Positions 38,004-46,735 of a stretch of DNA of 58,196 nt are shown piece by piece (the first letter of the stretch is position 1; each line of letters starts with the position of its first letter). Origin of the DNA: a virus (lineage: Duplodnaviria > Caudoviricetes). Below the pieces are notes generated by a model. That model worked only from the letters and a program-made list of their open reading frames with translations. It searched no databases and was not told the DNA's origin. The position numbers and the translations under genes are program-made. Location of the stretch: IMG/VR virus record IMGVR_UViG_3300027973_000066, positions 1 to 58,196 of that record, one strand, 5' to 3'.

Positions 38004-38683
38004 TTGGCTGTTCCTTTTCTGCCACGTTTCGTCGGAGGGGGTGCGGCTGTAGAATGCCCCTGTAGCACCTCCTGTAAGGCCGCCTGATGCCCTCTGGCCT
38101 CAGTCTGGGGGGTAGGGTGCGGAGAAGCCTCTAAAGCCTCTAGCGCCCCCTCCATGAGTGTTTCATCACCATCAAAACTCGGCACGGGGTCGTCACCATC
38201 GAAAACTGGCTTAGGCCTATCTCTTTCGACAGTAGCGCCAGGGAATGCCACCTTGGTCGCGTTGATCACGGCACTGTTCGCCGCCATCACCACCCGCACC
38301 ACCTCCTCGAGGGTCCATGTCGCCACGGTGCGCCCATCGTGCTTTGCGCGGAGGATCTCGACCTGGGCGTGTTCGGTGTCGTGGCAGATGATGACGATGG
38401 TGCCGTCATCCGCCCTCTGCTCCCACAGGCCTGGGGGAAGAGGCTCCGCGCCGGCAGCAGTCGCCGCAGCGTCCATGCCGCGCCAAGCCCGCATCATCAT
38501 CTGGTCCTTGTGGGCCTGGGGTATCCATTCGCCCTGGCAAGCCTCGAGGGTAGCCACCCACCGGGCCTGAGCCTCAGGCGGCACAAGCCGGGTCAGCCGA
38601 TCGATGCCCCACTTGCGTTCCATGAAATTGGCAAGGTCATCAAGCTGGGTCAAAGAGGCTGGAGGAGGGGTAAGATAATCCAT
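38000..38683 (-). CDS. Hypothetical protein downstream of primase-helicase
   Basis: ME.KWG.DRL..LV...K..FPGA.V motifs. Confidence 0.7.
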   Translation of the reverse strand: MDYLTPPPASLTQLDDLANFMERKWGIDRLTRLVPPEAQARWVATLEACQGEWIPQAHKDQMMMRAWRGMDAAATAAGAEPLPPGLWEQRADDGTIVIICHDTEHAQVEILRAKHDGRTVATWTLEEVVRVVMAANSAVINATKVAFPGATVERDRPKPVFDGDDPVPSFDGDETLMEGALEALEASPHPTPQTEARGHQAALQEVLQGHSTAAPPPTKRGRKGTAK

Positions 38684-38729
38684 GATTAAGAAGCCTTCCA
38701 AGTAGGTTCGCCATCCCTCCGGGGGCGAC

Positions 38730-38970
38730 CTTCTCCAGAGGGGAGCCACCCCGGAGGGGGAGAAGCGGAGAAGCAGGCAAACCGGGCTTCTCCGTAATGT
38801 CTCTCAAACCAATTATGGAGAAGCTCCACCGGAGAAGCAAAAATGGCGGATTTCCGGGCTTCTCCGGGCTGGAGAAGCCCCCCAAAATAATTATGGAGAA
38901 GTGGCTTCTCCAGAAGTCGGAGAAGGGTTTTGGAGAAGCTCGGAGAAGCCCCTGGAGAAGGTTGGAGAAG
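38730..38970. repeat. Cluster of 15 GGAGAAG/CTTCTCC heptamers; putative replication origin
   Basis: 11 forward and 4 inverted copies counted by eye, immediately 3' of the primase-helicase gene. Confidence 0.7.
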
Positions 38971-38971
38971 G

Positions 38972-41071
38972 TCATTCGTCATCGTTCAAATCCTCAATAT
39001 GTATGAAAATTGGTGCCTTTTCGTGGTTGCCATCAATCTCCTTCCAAAGCATTTTTCGGGCATTTGGAAGTACCACTGCCCGCTGGCGGCCAATTGGAAT
39101 GAGCATGTGCAGGTCTTTTGTTTGACGCCCACGGGATAGCCCAAGGCCCTCTGCCACACGGCCTAACGGCAATTTGGTACTATTCCCCATGGCGATCATC
39201 ACGCGGGCCAGCCACTCCTCTGGAGGAGGTGCATCTGGGTCTACAGGCCGCCCTGGCTGGCCCGTTTTGTTGGGCTCATAGATCGGCACGAGGCTTGATC
39301 TACCAAAGCCTGGGTCGATCTGCTCCATCTTGAACATCATTGGAGGCGCCGGCTCACCGTCCTTCTGATCCTCATTGATCAACCTAACATGGTGGGGCCC
39401 GGCGGCCTTGATGGCATACGTGGCATCAACAGCACCGTGGATGGCGCTCGAGCCTCGCATGCCACGCTCGACATCCTTACCCGAGTGATGGATAGGCGCG
39501 ACCGTGCAGCCTAGTTCCTCTTTTATCTCATCGCACTGCGCCATGACAGAACCAACCTCCTGGGCGCTATTCTCATCCACTCCTGGCATAGCGCGAGCAA
39601 GGGTATCAATCACCACCATGGCGATAGCCATGCCTTCAGGCACCGTGGCCCTCACCACCTCGATCACTTCCGCCACTGCCGCAGGGTCGCGGAAATTGAC
39701 GGCGCGAGGGATTACGTAAAAAGGAATGTCGGCATTGATGCCATACTGGTGCCGCATCGCTTTGAGGCGGGTCGGAAAGCCCCCTAAGCCTTCGCCGGCC
39801 AGATACACCACCGCCCCCTGGACAACCGCCCTGTCGGCCCACGGGAGGCCTGCTGCGATGTGCAGGGACAGGGAAAGCCAGACAAAGGTCTTACCCACCT
39901 TAGGCGGCCCCCACGGGATCACCAGGGCGCGAGACGGCACCAGCCCCTCCACCAGCCACACTGCCGGCGGCATGGCCTCGACCTCGGCCAGGGTCATGAT
40001 CTTCAAGGCGCGGGATCGAGCCTGGGGCTGTGGCGTTGGTTTGACTGGCTCGATGATCTCACCAGTCTCTGGGTCATGCTCCAGGGTTGGAGCGCTAGCC
40101 ACTTCACGCCCGCGCCACGTGGGGGCCACGAAGAAGGGGCTGGAGGTTCTGGCGAGGTAGTAAAGAGAGCCAAACCCGATCTTGCGAGGAGGGCTCTTGT
40201 GGAAGCTCTGCCAGACCCTGAGGCACTCGTGATCCTGGTGCTTTTGAGACTTGCACGACCACCGCTGGAATGCCTCCAGGCCCTCGCCGGCACCGCCTGT
40301 GGCGGCGTATGTGGCAAGGCCAACACGTACCCAGTCGTCATACTCGACATCGTGGTTGGTGATGGCAGCTAGTGCCGCCACAACGTCCTGGAGAGGGGCG
40401 TGAGCCTCCTCACGGGTTTTGGCTGGGCCCTCGTGGGTCTTGATGGCAGTCTGCCTTCCTGCCTTCGCCAGGAGGTCCAGAACAGGGCCGCTGATGTCAC
40501 TCATAGCCGTAGCAGCACCGGGCAGGTGAATGCCGGTCACGGTCACATAGCGTGCAGCCCTGAAGAACACCTCGCCCTTGCCGCCACCGGGCAGCTTGTA
40601 GGGAGTGTGGATCGGGGCGTGGAGAAACCCGCCGTGAGTGCCAATGATCCTGATGCCACGGCCTGATGGCGTGATCTCGGTGTAGCTGTTGCAGGCCTCA
40701 ACTAGCTCAGAAGCCCACTCTGTTAGCTCACCAGTCTCAGGGTTACGGCAATCATCAAGGTCCAGATACACGTGCTGAGTATCATCCCGAAGAACATATC
40801 CAATTCCATCCAATTGACCGCCCGCGAGGGCGCGTTCTGCCGCGTCAAGATAGGCCCAGGTGTTGGGCTTCTGAGTGCTGGCGTGAAAATCTGGAAAGTT
40901 GACGCAATAAAGGGGCTTATCCCATCCGCCATTTGGCTTTAGCTGCCATCTCCAACCCACCCAGCGCGCATGATGGCGCAGCACCTGGAGGGCAGACGGC
41001 AGGCTGAATTGTGTGGTTACCCGGCCCTCTGGGCCTCGTGGAGATGGTGGGCTGGAATTATCGGTCATCAA
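38972..41071 (-). CDS. Primase (AEP prim-pol-like) + PriCT-2 + RecA-like AAA_25 helicase
   Basis: LDLDDC and EITPSGRG primase motifs; YDDWVRVG...WS.KS.K PriCT-2; GPPKVGKT Walker A, VVIDT Walker B, HHSGK...RGSSA. Confidence 0.9.
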   Translation of the reverse strand: MMTDNSSPPSPRGPEGRVTTQFSLPSALQVLRHHARWVGWRWQLKPNGGWDKPLYCVNFPDFHASTQKPNTWAYLDAAERALAGGQLDGIGYVLRDDTQHVYLDLDDCRNPETGELTEWASELVEACNSYTEITPSGRGIRIIGTHGGFLHAPIHTPYKLPGGGKGEVFFRAARYVTVTGIHLPGAATAMSDISGPVLDLLAKAGRQTAIKTHEGPAKTREEAHAPLQDVVAALAAITNHDVEYDDWVRVGLATYAATGGAGEGLEAFQRWSCKSQKHQDHECLRVWQSFHKSPPRKIGFGSLYYLARTSSPFFVAPTWRGREVASAPTLEHDPETGEIIEPVKPTPQPQARSRALKIMTLAEVEAMPPAVWLVEGLVPSRALVIPWGPPKVGKTFVWLSLSLHIAAGLPWADRAVVQGAVVYLAGEGLGGFPTRLKAMRHQYGINADIPFYVIPRAVNFRDPAAVAEVIEVVRATVPEGMAIAMVVIDTLARAMPGVDENSAQEVGSVMAQCDEIKEELGCTVAPIHHSGKDVERGMRGSSAIHGAVDATYAIKAAGPHHVRLINEDQKDGEPAPPMMFKMEQIDPGFGRSSLVPIYEPNKTGQPGRPVDPDAPPPEEWLARVMIAMGNSTKLPLGRVAEGLGLSRGRQTKDLHMLIPIGRQRAVVLPNARKMLWKEIDGNHEKAPIFIHIEDLNDDE

Positions 41072-41099
41072 TTTTTAACGCCCCTGGTATGATCGTGGT

Positions 41100-41135
41100 A
41101 AAAAAACGGGCGCGCCCCGTGAAGGACGCGCCCGT
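41100..41135 (-). terminator. Rho-independent terminator
   Basis: ACGGGCGCG...CGCGCCCGT stem running into a T tract. Confidence 0.8.
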
Positions 41136-41143
41136 GAGTTATA

Positions 41144-41881
41144 CTACCAGGGAGCGGCAGCAGTCGCCGCCACAGGGACCGGGGCAGCAGTCGCCGCCGA
41201 AGCCACAGGGGCCGGGGCGGGGACGTGGTTAGTGGGGGCAGGGGCCGCCACAGCAACGGGGGCAGGGGCTGCCACAGGGCGAGAAGCAGCCGGCACCGGC
41301 ACAACACGCTCGCCCAGGGAGGCGGGGCGCTCAATCCAGTTGGTGAAGGTGAACACCGGCACCTTGAACTTGCTCAGGCCCTGAGGGGTCTTCACTTCCA
41401 CCGTCCTGGTGCTGGTCTGCGCCACGGGGATCATGCCGGTGGCAGCCTCAGGGGACGCGGCGAAGGCATTCCAGGCCTCCTCCATCGCCGGCAGGCCGGT
41501 CTTGCTCGAGAGTAAGAAGTAGCGCGCTGCATCATCGCCAAACGTCTTGGGCGACATGACCTTAATGCGGGCGGCGGGGTTGAAGGCCTTCTTACCCTCG
41601 GGGGTCAGTTCCTGCGGGCACTGCGGAATGGCAGCGCCGTAGGGAACCATGAGGAATGAGGGGGGGCTGCTGATCTTGGCGTAACCAACCTCCAGGCTAC
41701 CGAAATCCATCAAAAATGACGGGTTCATGTAATCTTCTGATTCAGAATTAAAGTACCGGCCACCCTCTTCCATGCGAGTGACGTGCTTCCAAAGGCCCGA
41801 ACGGGCATCAAACTGAAGGCGACCAAGAAACTCGTTGCTGCCGCCGCCGCTGTTGTCGGAGCCTGCGATACCAAAAGCCAT
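41144..41881 (-). CDS. Putative single-stranded DNA-binding / annealing protein
   Basis: Beta-rich core ending P.F.F..W..RP, flexible Ala/Pro tail with terminal Trp; between nuclease and primase genes. Confidence 0.55.
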   Translation of the reverse strand: MAFGIAGSDNSGGGSNEFLGRLQFDARSGLWKHVTRMEEGGRYFNSESEDYMNPSFLMDFGSLEVGYAKISSPPSFLMVPYGAAIPQCPQELTPEGKKAFNPAARIKVMSPKTFGDDAARYFLLSSKTGLPAMEEAWNAFAASPEAATGMIPVAQTSTRTVEVKTPQGLSKFKVPVFTFTNWIERPASLGERVVPVPAASRPVAAPAPVAVAAPAPTNHVPAPAPVASAATAAPVPVAATAAAPW

Positions 41882-41952
41882 TGTTTTAGTCCTCTCTTTC
41901 GTTTGCGGGCTGTTGAAAAGGCCGCCTCACTACGCCTACGTCTGGGTTGCCG

Positions 41953-42702
41953 TTAGGCAATCCCAAAGCATTCTTTTGCCAGCGCCCTTGTCTGGGGGTC
42001 ACTGAAATAGAACGAATCCAGGTCTGGCACCACCGTCGAGGCTAAGACCTTCGGGTCGGGTGACAGGCTCAGGAACGCCTCTAAACGCTGCGCGATGTTT
42101 GCGAGGTTGGCAAGATGGTCTTTTGCATTTTCCAACCGATAAACGCCGATTTTTTGCGGAGTGCAGTAAGCGATGCGGCCCTCATCGTTGGTTTCGTGAA
42201 TGTAAAGAGACACTTGGCGGGCGTGGCTGGTGGAGATCTCGGAGGAGAGGCGAAGCTGGCTTTTGATGTCGAGGGTGATGCCATGCTGCCCCCAGCGCAC
42301 GTCGATGAACCCCATGACGGGGATCGGCACGCCCTCGATACGTTTGTCCACTCGCACCTGGATGCCATCAGGCACGCCATATTTCCGAAGCTCAGGGATG
42401 GCCACGGCCACGATGCCAGGGATGGCATCACGCTCCTTCTGGCGCTTGGGGTCACCTGATAGCGCCGCCAGCTTATCAAACTCGGCCAGGGCCAGGGCTT
42501 GGCAAACTGAGATCTCGGCGGTGGGGTTGAGGAGGCCATGGACAATGCCGGCCTCTGCTGCCGTGCCGCGATGGGCGGCGCAGCCTACTGAGCCGCGCTT
42601 TTTGAGCAGCCTCTCCATGACCCAGAGGGCGGGTTGAGCCGCAAACAGGTTGAGGCTGGAGGGCGACAGGTGGGCGATGCCGTAGCGCTCAAAGGCGTTC
42701 AT
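41953..42702 (-). CDS. PD-(D/E)XK exonuclease-like protein
   Basis: HLSPSSLN, RGTA.E, GFID...DIKS and Q..LY motifs. Confidence 0.85.
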   Translation of the reverse strand: MNAFERYGIAHLSPSSLNLFAAQPALWVMERLLKKRGSVGCAAHRGTAAEAGIVHGLLNPTAEISVCQALALAEFDKLAALSGDPKRQKERDAIPGIVAVAIPELRKYGVPDGIQVRVDKRIEGVPIPVMGFIDVRWGQHGITLDIKSQLRLSSEISTSHARQVSLYIHETNDEGRIAYCTPQKIGVYRLENAKDHLANLANIAQRLEAFLSLSPDPKVLASTVVPDLDSFYFSDPQTRALAKECFGIA

Positions 42703-42911
42703 GCTTTCTCTCCTTGGGTAGCCCTGGCGGGCATGAAGTCATTGGCGGTGACGGAGCCACCAGTGGCCGCCTCGATCAGCAGCATAGAAGCCCAGGATGG
42801 GCGCTTCTTGCCGTTGATCCAATCGTGAACGGCAGGCACTGACACGCCTATTTCTGCGGCCAGAGCGGTGAGGCTTAGGCCTTTAAGTAGCTTATATTCT
42901 GCGAGTTTCAT
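42699..42911 (-). CDS. Cro-like HTH regulator
   Basis: LAAEIGVS...V..W..G..RP...IE.ATGG.VT..D signature; first gene of the divergent replication operon. Confidence 0.85.
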   Translation of the reverse strand: MKLAEYKLLKGLSLTALAAEIGVSVPAVHDWINGKKRPSWASMLLIEAATGGSVTANDFMPARATQGEKA

Positions 42912-42966
42912 GAGGTGGTTATCCTCCAGCCGCCCGGTTCACACAACGTGAAAAACCGCGCCCTCA

Positions 42967-43027
42967 TAAAAATAATTTGCCAAAAGTGAAAATAGGTACT
43001 TCCCACCGCTTTAGCCCCGTGCATAAT
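42967..43027 (+). promoter_or_regulatory. Sigma70-like rightward promoter with AT-rich UP element
   Basis: TTCCCA-N16-CATAAT; UP element nearly identical to the one at 34071-34100. Confidence 0.6.
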
Positions 43028-43061
43028 GCGTCTCGTTGAAACCTTCTTGGAGATCACGATC

Positions 43062-43358
43062 ATGAACATTCAGCCCACTTCCGAGTTCCCCGCCGCCATT
43101 CGCCGCAATCAGCAAATTGCCGAGCTTGCCGCATGGCGCTCCAGCATCATCCGCTCGTGGGACAACGCCTGCGACGTTATCGATGACAACAATGAGCGCG
43201 AGTGTGAGGCCATCCTGGCCCTCCAGCGCGCCTTTGACGCCCTGGCGCATTACGCTGACGTGCTGAACAGCGATTTCCTCTCTGGCCGCGATCTTCTCGC
43301 CCAGATCACTGACATGGCCAGCGACATGGCTGGCAGCATCATCAAGGAGGCTGAATAA
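43062..43358 (+). CDS. Hypothetical early protein
   Basis: GGAG RBS; first gene of the plus-strand block. Confidence 0.7.
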   Translation: MNIQPTSEFPAAIRRNQQIAELAAWRSSIIRSWDNACDVIDDNNERECEAILALQRAFDALAHYADVLNSDFLSGRDLLAQITDMASDMAGSIIKEAE

Positions 43359-43654
43359 TGGAAGATCTTGTGGGGTTGCCGGGATTTTTCCGGCGATGGC
43401 CTTTGGCTGCGCCAGAGTACGGCGAGATGAAGCAGAGGCGTAAAGACGCAAAAGCCGGTCAGGTCTTTGCCGTTTTGGTTTGGGATGATGAGGCGGGAGA
43501 GGGTGAAGTTTATCTGTCGCGCAACTTGACCAAACTTCATCCAAGTTCAGCCAAAGATGCCATTCAAGATTGGGCCGGGCTATTGGACCATGAGTATTCC
43601 AAATGGCACATATTCAATGGCCGTGAACCCGTAGAGAAAGATGACAAGCCATGA
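43358..43654 (+). CDS. Hypothetical protein
   Basis: TAATG coupling; AAGGAGG RBS. Confidence 0.6.
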   Translation: MEDLVGLPGFFRRWPLAAPEYGEMKQRRKDAKAGQVFAVLVWDDEAGEGEVYLSRNLTKLHPSSAKDAIQDWAGLLDHEYSKWHIFNGREPVEKDDKP

Positions 43655-43755
43655 ACACCATAACCATCGCCCTCTCGGGCTTCATCCTTGGCGTCAGCGC
43701 GCCATACATCTTCAAAGCATCTTTGCAGGGCCTGCGGGCGTGGGGGTTGATGTGA
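43651..43755 (+). CDS. 34-aa hydrophobic peptide (not in the ORF track)
   Basis: MNTITIALSGFILGVSAPYIFKASLQGLRAWGLM; ATGA and GTGA overlaps on the two sides. Confidence 0.55.
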   Translation: MNTITIALSGFILGVSAPYIFKASLQGLRAWGLM

Positions 43756-44057
43756 GCGGCTGGCCTGATCCTGACAAACCCGGTTACCCGGTAGATCCTG
43801 AGACTGATGGCTGGCATTGGCTGGCCAACAGCAGGAATTTTCCATGCCCATGGATGTGGTTTGCGGAAACGTGCGAATGGGGGCATGCACAAGGAGATAT
43901 GGTATCTTTAGAAACTATGAGCAACGCCAAATACCTTGGCCCTGCCCTCACGCCGGCTGAAGTGGACGATGTGGTGCATATGATTGGCGAGGCGGCAGCG
44001 CATGCGGTGAATGAGCTTTTGGCTGCCACCCAGACAGATGGGGAGACAAAGCATTGA
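43752..44057 (+). CDS. Hypothetical protein, paralog of 44655..45044
   Basis: Starts SGWPDPDKPG.P..P..DG.HWL. Confidence 0.65.
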   Translation: MSGWPDPDKPGYPVDPETDGWHWLANSRNFPCPWMWFAETCEWGHAQGDMVSLETMSNAKYLGPALTPAEVDDVVHMIGEAAAHAVNELLAATQTDGETKH

Positions 44058-44437
44058 ACACCATGCGAACCATCCCCGATATGGTCACCGACCTGCGCGC
44101 TCTGGCGGGGCTGGAGGTGCTGCGCCACCATGCGGCTCTGCTGAACGACTCCGCAAATTACATCGAGGGTGCCACCGGCAGCCTGCGCGAGCATATGCAG
44201 ATGATCAGAGAGATGCGTGTGAGGCTGGAGAATGTGCGCCCTCTGATGGAGCAAGTAGTCAATAAATTAGAACAAGAAATTAATATATTGTATTACCACC
44301 GCAATGAATACCCTTATCACATGCGCCTTTACAATGCTGACATGGAACTACCGCGAGCAATCAAGTCCATGCTGCGCTGGTGGGAGCCGGGGACGGAAGA
44401 GCCTGCCAGCATCAGCCATTGGGGGATTGTGGAATGA
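44054..44437 (+). CDS. Hypothetical coiled-coil protein
   Basis: Overlap-coupled ORF. Confidence 0.6.
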   Translation: MNTMRTIPDMVTDLRALAGLEVLRHHAALLNDSANYIEGATGSLREHMQMIREMRVRLENVRPLMEQVVNKLEQEINILYYHRNEYPYHMRLYNADMELPRAIKSMLRWWEPGTEEPASISHWGIVE

Positions 44438-44658
44438 GCGACTGGCCATGTCCAAAATGCACTCTGCGCCCTGGCCAGACATGCTCGGATCAAGATTGCC
44501 CCGGCATTCAAAAACGACGCTCGATGTTCCAGCCCATCCACCCGGCCCTGCGCAGCATTAGCGGCGTCATGGGCTGCATCTGCCCACCCACCAGCGAACA
44601 GACGTGCCAGGGGGCGCTTTGCCCTCGCAGAAATCACATGAAGGATATGAAGCCATGA
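44434..44658 (+). CDS. Small Cys-rich protein
   Basis: CPKC...C...CP...CICPP...C...CP; ATGA coupling on both sides. Confidence 0.55.
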   Translation: MSDWPCPKCTLRPGQTCSDQDCPGIQKRRSMFQPIHPALRSISGVMGCICPPTSEQTCQGALCPRRNHMKDMKP

Positions 44659-45044
44659 GCGGCTGGCCTGACCCCGACAAGCCCGGTGTGCCGCTGAACC
44701 CTGATAGGGACGGCATTCATTGGCTTTTTAACCCGGATAATGACAAGCCACATCCAGTGATATGGGTAGCAGACCTAGGCGCATGGGCGGTTGGAGATGC
44801 CTGGACGGCGCGGATGGTGGCCGAGATGGGACTTCATTATCAAGGCCCAGTCCTGATGCCAGCCGAGGCGGACGCCCTCCGCGCCGAGAACGCGAGGCTG
44901 CGGGGAGCGCTTGCGGACATGTATGCCGGTTATTCGCGCGACATTACAACACATCGCGCTGAAAAAATAGCGCACGAGCGCGTAAAGAAAAAACTGGAGC
45001 AGGCTGCTGAAGCCTGGGGCATCAACCTGGAGGAAAAACCATGA
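44655..45044 (+). CDS. Hypothetical protein, paralog of 43752..44057
   Basis: MSGWPDPDKPG.P..P..DG.HWL...Y.GP.L.PAE.D. Confidence 0.65.
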   Translation: MSGWPDPDKPGVPLNPDRDGIHWLFNPDNDKPHPVIWVADLGAWAVGDAWTARMVAEMGLHYQGPVLMPAEADALRAENARLRGALADMYAGYSRDITTHRAEKIAHERVKKKLEQAAEAWGINLEEKP

Positions 45045-45238
45045 TCACTCAACTCAACCCACCGATCCCCGTCGTCACGCCGCACGGCAAAGGCATGGCG
45101 CAAATGGTGATTGATTATGGGATCGAACATGATCTGATTTGGGTGGTGTTCGATGATGACGGACAATGCTGGGCCTGGGGCAATAAGGACATCCGCGCTC
45201 AGAACAACATCACGATTGGCCGGGACATCAAACCATGA
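45041..45238 (+). CDS. Small phage protein
   Basis: GGAGG RBS; QLNPPIP..TP.G.G.A..IDYG.E pattern. Confidence 0.7.
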   Translation: MITQLNPPIPVVTPHGKGMAQMVIDYGIEHDLIWVVFDDDGQCWAWGNKDIRAQNNITIGRDIKP

Positions 45239-45906
45239 AACCCAGCCGTCGCGCCCCCATCACGCAGGAGGAGCGTGAGGCTATGCGCCAGCGCAGGCTG
45301 GCGGGTAAATCTCTTGAGGAGATTGCGCTGGAATTTTCTTGTTCGCGCGCATCAGCGCAGAAGACCTGTGCCAACTTGGTCGAAAGGACGTTCCAAATTG
45401 GAAAGCCAATCAGTCAGGAGAAGATTGATCAGATCATAGCTTACCGGAAGGAGGGCCGCACTCAGCCTGACATCGCCAGGATGGTGGGCGTCAGTACGAA
45501 CGTGGTGACAAGGTATACACCGCCTGAATTGAAGATCTGCCGCCCTAGGGGCGGCGAGAAGCGCGAGCGTGTGCGCTGGTCGCCAGAAAGGCCGGTAGGG
45601 GCAATCGGTCAGGCCCGGTGGGATAAGGCCGAAACCAAGAAGCTGTGCGACATGATGAAAAAAGGCAGCGCGTTGCGTGAGATCGCAATCGAGTTAAAGC
45701 GGTCATACACCAGCGTGAAGGACAAGGTAGGCCGAATGGCTAAGACCACAAAGGTTCTGATCCCAGAAGTGCCAGAGGTTGAATTTGAGGAGAAATCAAG
45801 ATTTGCCATGGCAAAATGCCTAAAGTGCTTGAAGCAATTTGAAAGCTATGATCCACGTAAGAACCGTATCTGTGTCAGGTGCAAAAGCAGTGAAGGATGG
45901 TCTTAA
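45235..45906 (+). CDS. Multi-HTH regulator with C-terminal Zn finger (GcrA-like arrangement)
   Basis: Three HTH-like units (GKSLEEIA, GRTQPDIA, W...E...L..M..KGSALREIA..L.RS..SV) and CLKC...CVRC. Confidence 0.7.
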   Translation: MKPSRRAPITQEEREAMRQRRLAGKSLEEIALEFSCSRASAQKTCANLVERTFQIGKPISQEKIDQIIAYRKEGRTQPDIARMVGVSTNVVTRYTPPELKICRPRGGEKRERVRWSPERPVGAIGQARWDKAETKKLCDMMKKGSALREIAIELKRSYTSVKDKVGRMAKTTKVLIPEVPEVEFEEKSRFAMAKCLKCLKQFESYDPRKNRICVRCKSSEGWS

Positions 45907-46160
45907 TGGCTGATAATATTGGATTGAGCGCTGGCCCGGTGATCTCAACAAATGTGGAGGCGCATTCGCTGAATGAACTCAGCTTTTCGTGGAAGATCGT
46001 GGCCGTGTGTCACCGCAGGTACATGATATGGAAGTGGTTCATGGATGGGAATGAGGTGGTGAAGATCCGCCCTGCCGTGGATGATGGCAGCATCATCATG
46101 GTGCAGCGTCGGGATGCTGATGCCACTGTTCTGCTGGCCAAGTGGGCGAAGTTCCAGTGA
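45906..46160 (+). CDS. Hypothetical protein
   Basis: TAATG/GTGA coupling. Confidence 0.55.
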   Translation: MADNIGLSAGPVISTNVEAHSLNELSFSWKIVAVCHRRYMIWKWFMDGNEVVKIRPAVDDGSIIMVQRRDADATVLLAKWAKFQ

Positions 46161-46615
46161 TCATCTGCGGCATTGACCCAGGCCTCAGTGGCGCTATCGC
46201 TTGGATCAGCAGCGAGGGGGACGCCCTGATCTGCATCGAGGATATGCCGGTCATCAACGTGAGCGGCAGGAACAAGGTTAATGCCTCTGCCCTGACCAAG
46301 CTCCTGAAGGACCGCTGGGCCGATCTGGTGGTGGTGGAGGAGGTGGGGGCGATGCCCGGCAACGGAGGGGTAAGCATGTTCAACTTTGGATACTCAGCAG
46401 GCATTCTGGAGGGCGTGTGCGCCGCTCTACAGGTGCCCTTGAGGATGGTGCGCCCAGCCGTCTGGAAGCGTCAGGCGGGCGTCCCTGCTGACAAGGGGGC
46501 ATGCCGCATGATGGCCCAGCGCTACTGGCCTGGGGCGAACTATTTTGGCCGGGCGAAGGATGACGGTAGGGCAGACGCAGCCCTCTTAGCGCGCTGGGGG
46601 ATCAATCATGTGTGA
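46157..46615 (+). CDS. RuvC-like Holliday junction resolvase
   Basis: GIDPG.SGA, VVEEV, SMFNFG, P..WK and DGRADAALLA motifs. Confidence 0.85.
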   Translation: MIICGIDPGLSGAIAWISSEGDALICIEDMPVINVSGRNKVNASALTKLLKDRWADLVVVEEVGAMPGNGGVSMFNFGYSAGILEGVCAALQVPLRMVRPAVWKRQAGVPADKGACRMMAQRYWPGANYFGRAKDDGRADAALLARWGINHV

Positions 46616-46672
46616 TGCTGCCCTGCTGGCGAAATGGGGAATTAGCCACTCATAATTTTTTGAAAAAAGGTG

Positions 46673-46701
46673 TTGACGGACGTTGCACGGTGCCACAGTA
46701 T
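46673..46701 (+). promoter_or_regulatory. Sigma70-like promoter with spacer palindrome
   Basis: TTGACG-N17-CAGTAT; TTGCACGGTGCCA in the spacer; AT tract upstream. Confidence 0.6.
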
Positions 46702-46735
46702 GCTCTCGTTAACACCATTTGAGGAGATCACGATC

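Noticed and set aside
38640-38982. Short ORFs over the GGAGAAG cluster
   Set aside because: Low-complexity translations of the repeats in several frames; the 38686..38982 ORF cannot be fully excluded.
42699-43062. Lysogeny switch (cI/cro)
   Set aside because: Only a Cro-like gene is present; the divergent gene is not repressor-like, and no integrase or partition genes were recognised.
46683-46695. Sigma54 promoter (TGGCAC on the minus strand)
   Set aside because: No TTGC at the required spacing; better explained as part of the shared palindrome.
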